From Dehalococcoidia bacterium (GTDB lineage: Bacteria; Chloroflexota; Dehalococcoidia; Lucifugimonadales; UBA3495): 64,000 bases of DNA. Shown here piece after piece: positions 62,580 through 64,000 of this stretch (positions within the stretch are counted from its first letter, which is position 1; each line of letters begins with the position of its first letter). Where the stretch lies: assembly GCA_963667675.1 (NCBI GenBank), contig OY763929.1, forward strand, positions 1,721,399-1,785,398. Direction: 5' to 3'. Position numbers and translations under genes: made by a program. The notes under the pieces are model-generated. The model was not told where the DNA came from and ran no database searches. It saw only the letters and a program-made list of their open reading frames with translations.

Positions 62580-63824
62580 ATGAAAATACTGGCCACAAAA
62601 CCCATCATGGCGGTCCTCGCCGCGGCGCTCCTCTCGTCCCTCGCCTTCCTGCCCGCCTGTGGAGGGGATGATGCTCCCGGCCCCCTCAAGGTCGGCCTGA
62701 TGCTCAATCTCAGCGAACCCTCGCCCACCGGACGCGCCCATGAGAGGCAACTGGCCTTCCAATTGGCCGTAATGCACGTCAACGACGCCGGCGGTGTCTT
62801 TGGCCGCCCCGTGGAAATTGCAGTCGCAGACTCCACCTTGGACCCAGAAACCGCTGCCGCCGAGGCTCGACGCTTGATTGAAGAAGAAGGCGTCCACGCC
62901 ATCGTCGGCCCCAGCAGCAGCGCCAACTCCATGGTCGTCGCCCGTAAGGTTGCTGCTCCTTCGGGAATACCCGTCATCAGCCCGTCGGCCACTTCCCCGT
63001 TGCTGTCGGGCATAGACGATAACGACTTCTTCTTTCGCACTGCCCTCTCCGACACTACCCAAGGCGCCGTGCTGGCCCAGCTGACCCGGAATCTCGGCTT
63101 TGAGGACGTGAGAGTTGTCTACCGGGATGACGCTTGGGGAAAGGGCCTGGCCGACGCTTTTGACGCCGCTTGGACCGGCGAGAGCAAGTCAGTCGCCGTT
63201 GACCCTCTACAGTCCACGTTTCTCCCCCAACTCAAGGAATCCGCCGGCGGCAACCCTCAAGCCTTGATATTGATTACTTTCGAGTCTGAAGCCGAGATAA
63301 TTCTTCGCGAGTCCGTTGAAAACGGCCTATACGACCAGTTCATTTTTGGAGACGCCTCCAAGAGCCCCGAACTGCCCGAGAAAATAGGCGCCGACCACTT
63401 GGCAGGCATGTATGGGACTGCTGGCTCAACTCCCCCCGACAGCCTGTCCTACCGTGCTTGGAACGACGCCTATACAGCCCAACACGGACAGTTGCCCGGC
63501 TTTGCCTACGTCAGGGAGACCTACGATGCCGCCATTGCCATTGCCCTGGCGGCCCAGTCCGCCGGCAGCGTCGATGGCGCTGCCATCCGGGACAACCTGC
63601 GTTCCGTGGGCTCCGCTCCCGGCGAAGAGTCCATAGCCGGACCCGAGGGGGTGGCCTACGCCCTCAGCGCCCTTGCCGACGGGAAAGACGTGGACTACCA
63701 GGGGGCCGCCGTGACCTTGGACTGGGACGAGAACGGAGACATTACCCGGGGCCACATCGGCGTGTGGCGTTTCACCAAAGACGGCGACATCGAAGACTTG
63801 GTGGCCATACCATTCGGCTTCTAA
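62580..63824 (+). CDS. LivJ/K-like ABC transporter substrate-binding lipoprotein
   Basis: Lipobox LPAC, VNDAGGV.GRP, ISPSATSP, FFFRT..SD..QG, YDA; TATAAT at 62522-62527. Confidence 0.9.
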   Translation: MKILATKPIMAVLAAALLSSLAFLPACGGDDAPGPLKVGLMLNLSEPSPTGRAHERQLAFQLAVMHVNDAGGVFGRPVEIAVADSTLDPETAAAEARRLIEEEGVHAIVGPSSSANSMVVARKVAAPSGIPVISPSATSPLLSGIDDNDFFFRTALSDTTQGAVLAQLTRNLGFEDVRVVYRDDAWGKGLADAFDAAWTGESKSVAVDPLQSTFLPQLKESAGGNPQALILITFESEAEIILRESVENGLYDQFIFGDASKSPELPEKIGADHLAGMYGTAGSTPPDSLSYRAWNDAYTAQHGQLPGFAYVRETYDAAIAIALAAQSAGSVDGAAIRDNLRSVGSAPGEESIAGPEGVAYALSALADGKDVDYQGAAVTLDWDENGDITRGHIGVWRFTKDGDIEDLVAIPFGF

Positions 63825-64000
63825 CCGCCCCCCGTCCATCTCCAATCTTCAACTGCTCTCATTTGTCTTGAGACCGCCCGTAAGCGCCGCCCACTGTCAT
63901 TTACCCCCTTGCGCCTACCCCACCCGCCCTCTATCATATCTACAGGCAGCCAAAATACGTTGCCCAAACCTATCACCGGCCACTGAGGCCCCGATGTCCC

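Overview
Bacterial genomic window, high GC, with a strongly C-rich + strand. Gene content and order (ahcY-metK, str/S10/spc/alpha cluster with fusA directly before rpsJ, alpha2-type GlyRS, HisZ plus long HisG, Pro/Thr-rich lipoproteins, several SDRs) suggest Chloroflexota, probably Dehalococcoidia/SAR202-like; this taxonomy is inference. Layout: SAM-cycle genes (1-5 kb), the ribosomal protein superoperon on the minus strand (5-26.9 kb, with long low-complexity extensions on uS17, uL4, uL5 and RpoA), a cobalamin riboswitch with a BtuFCD-like transporter, glyQS, a MazF-type toxin-antitoxin pair, birA, SDRs, a his operon, a CysRS-glycosyltransferase fusion, meaB, hpf, and NfeD/SPFH. Highlights: (1) a compositionally foreign, translationally coupled 4-gene cassette at 57.2-62.1 kb (PAPS-reductase-like PP-loop protein, SF2 helicase, MORC/GHKL ATPase, PLD nuclease), a candidate undescribed DNA-modification/defence system; (2) an IS621-like IS110 element whose bridge RNA guides can be read directly and match both its own donor junction and an abundant REP-like palindrome it has inserted into; (3) the CysRS-GT2 fusion. 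No rRNA, tRNA or CRISPR array was recognised. All calls are by eye from motifs; no database searches were run.
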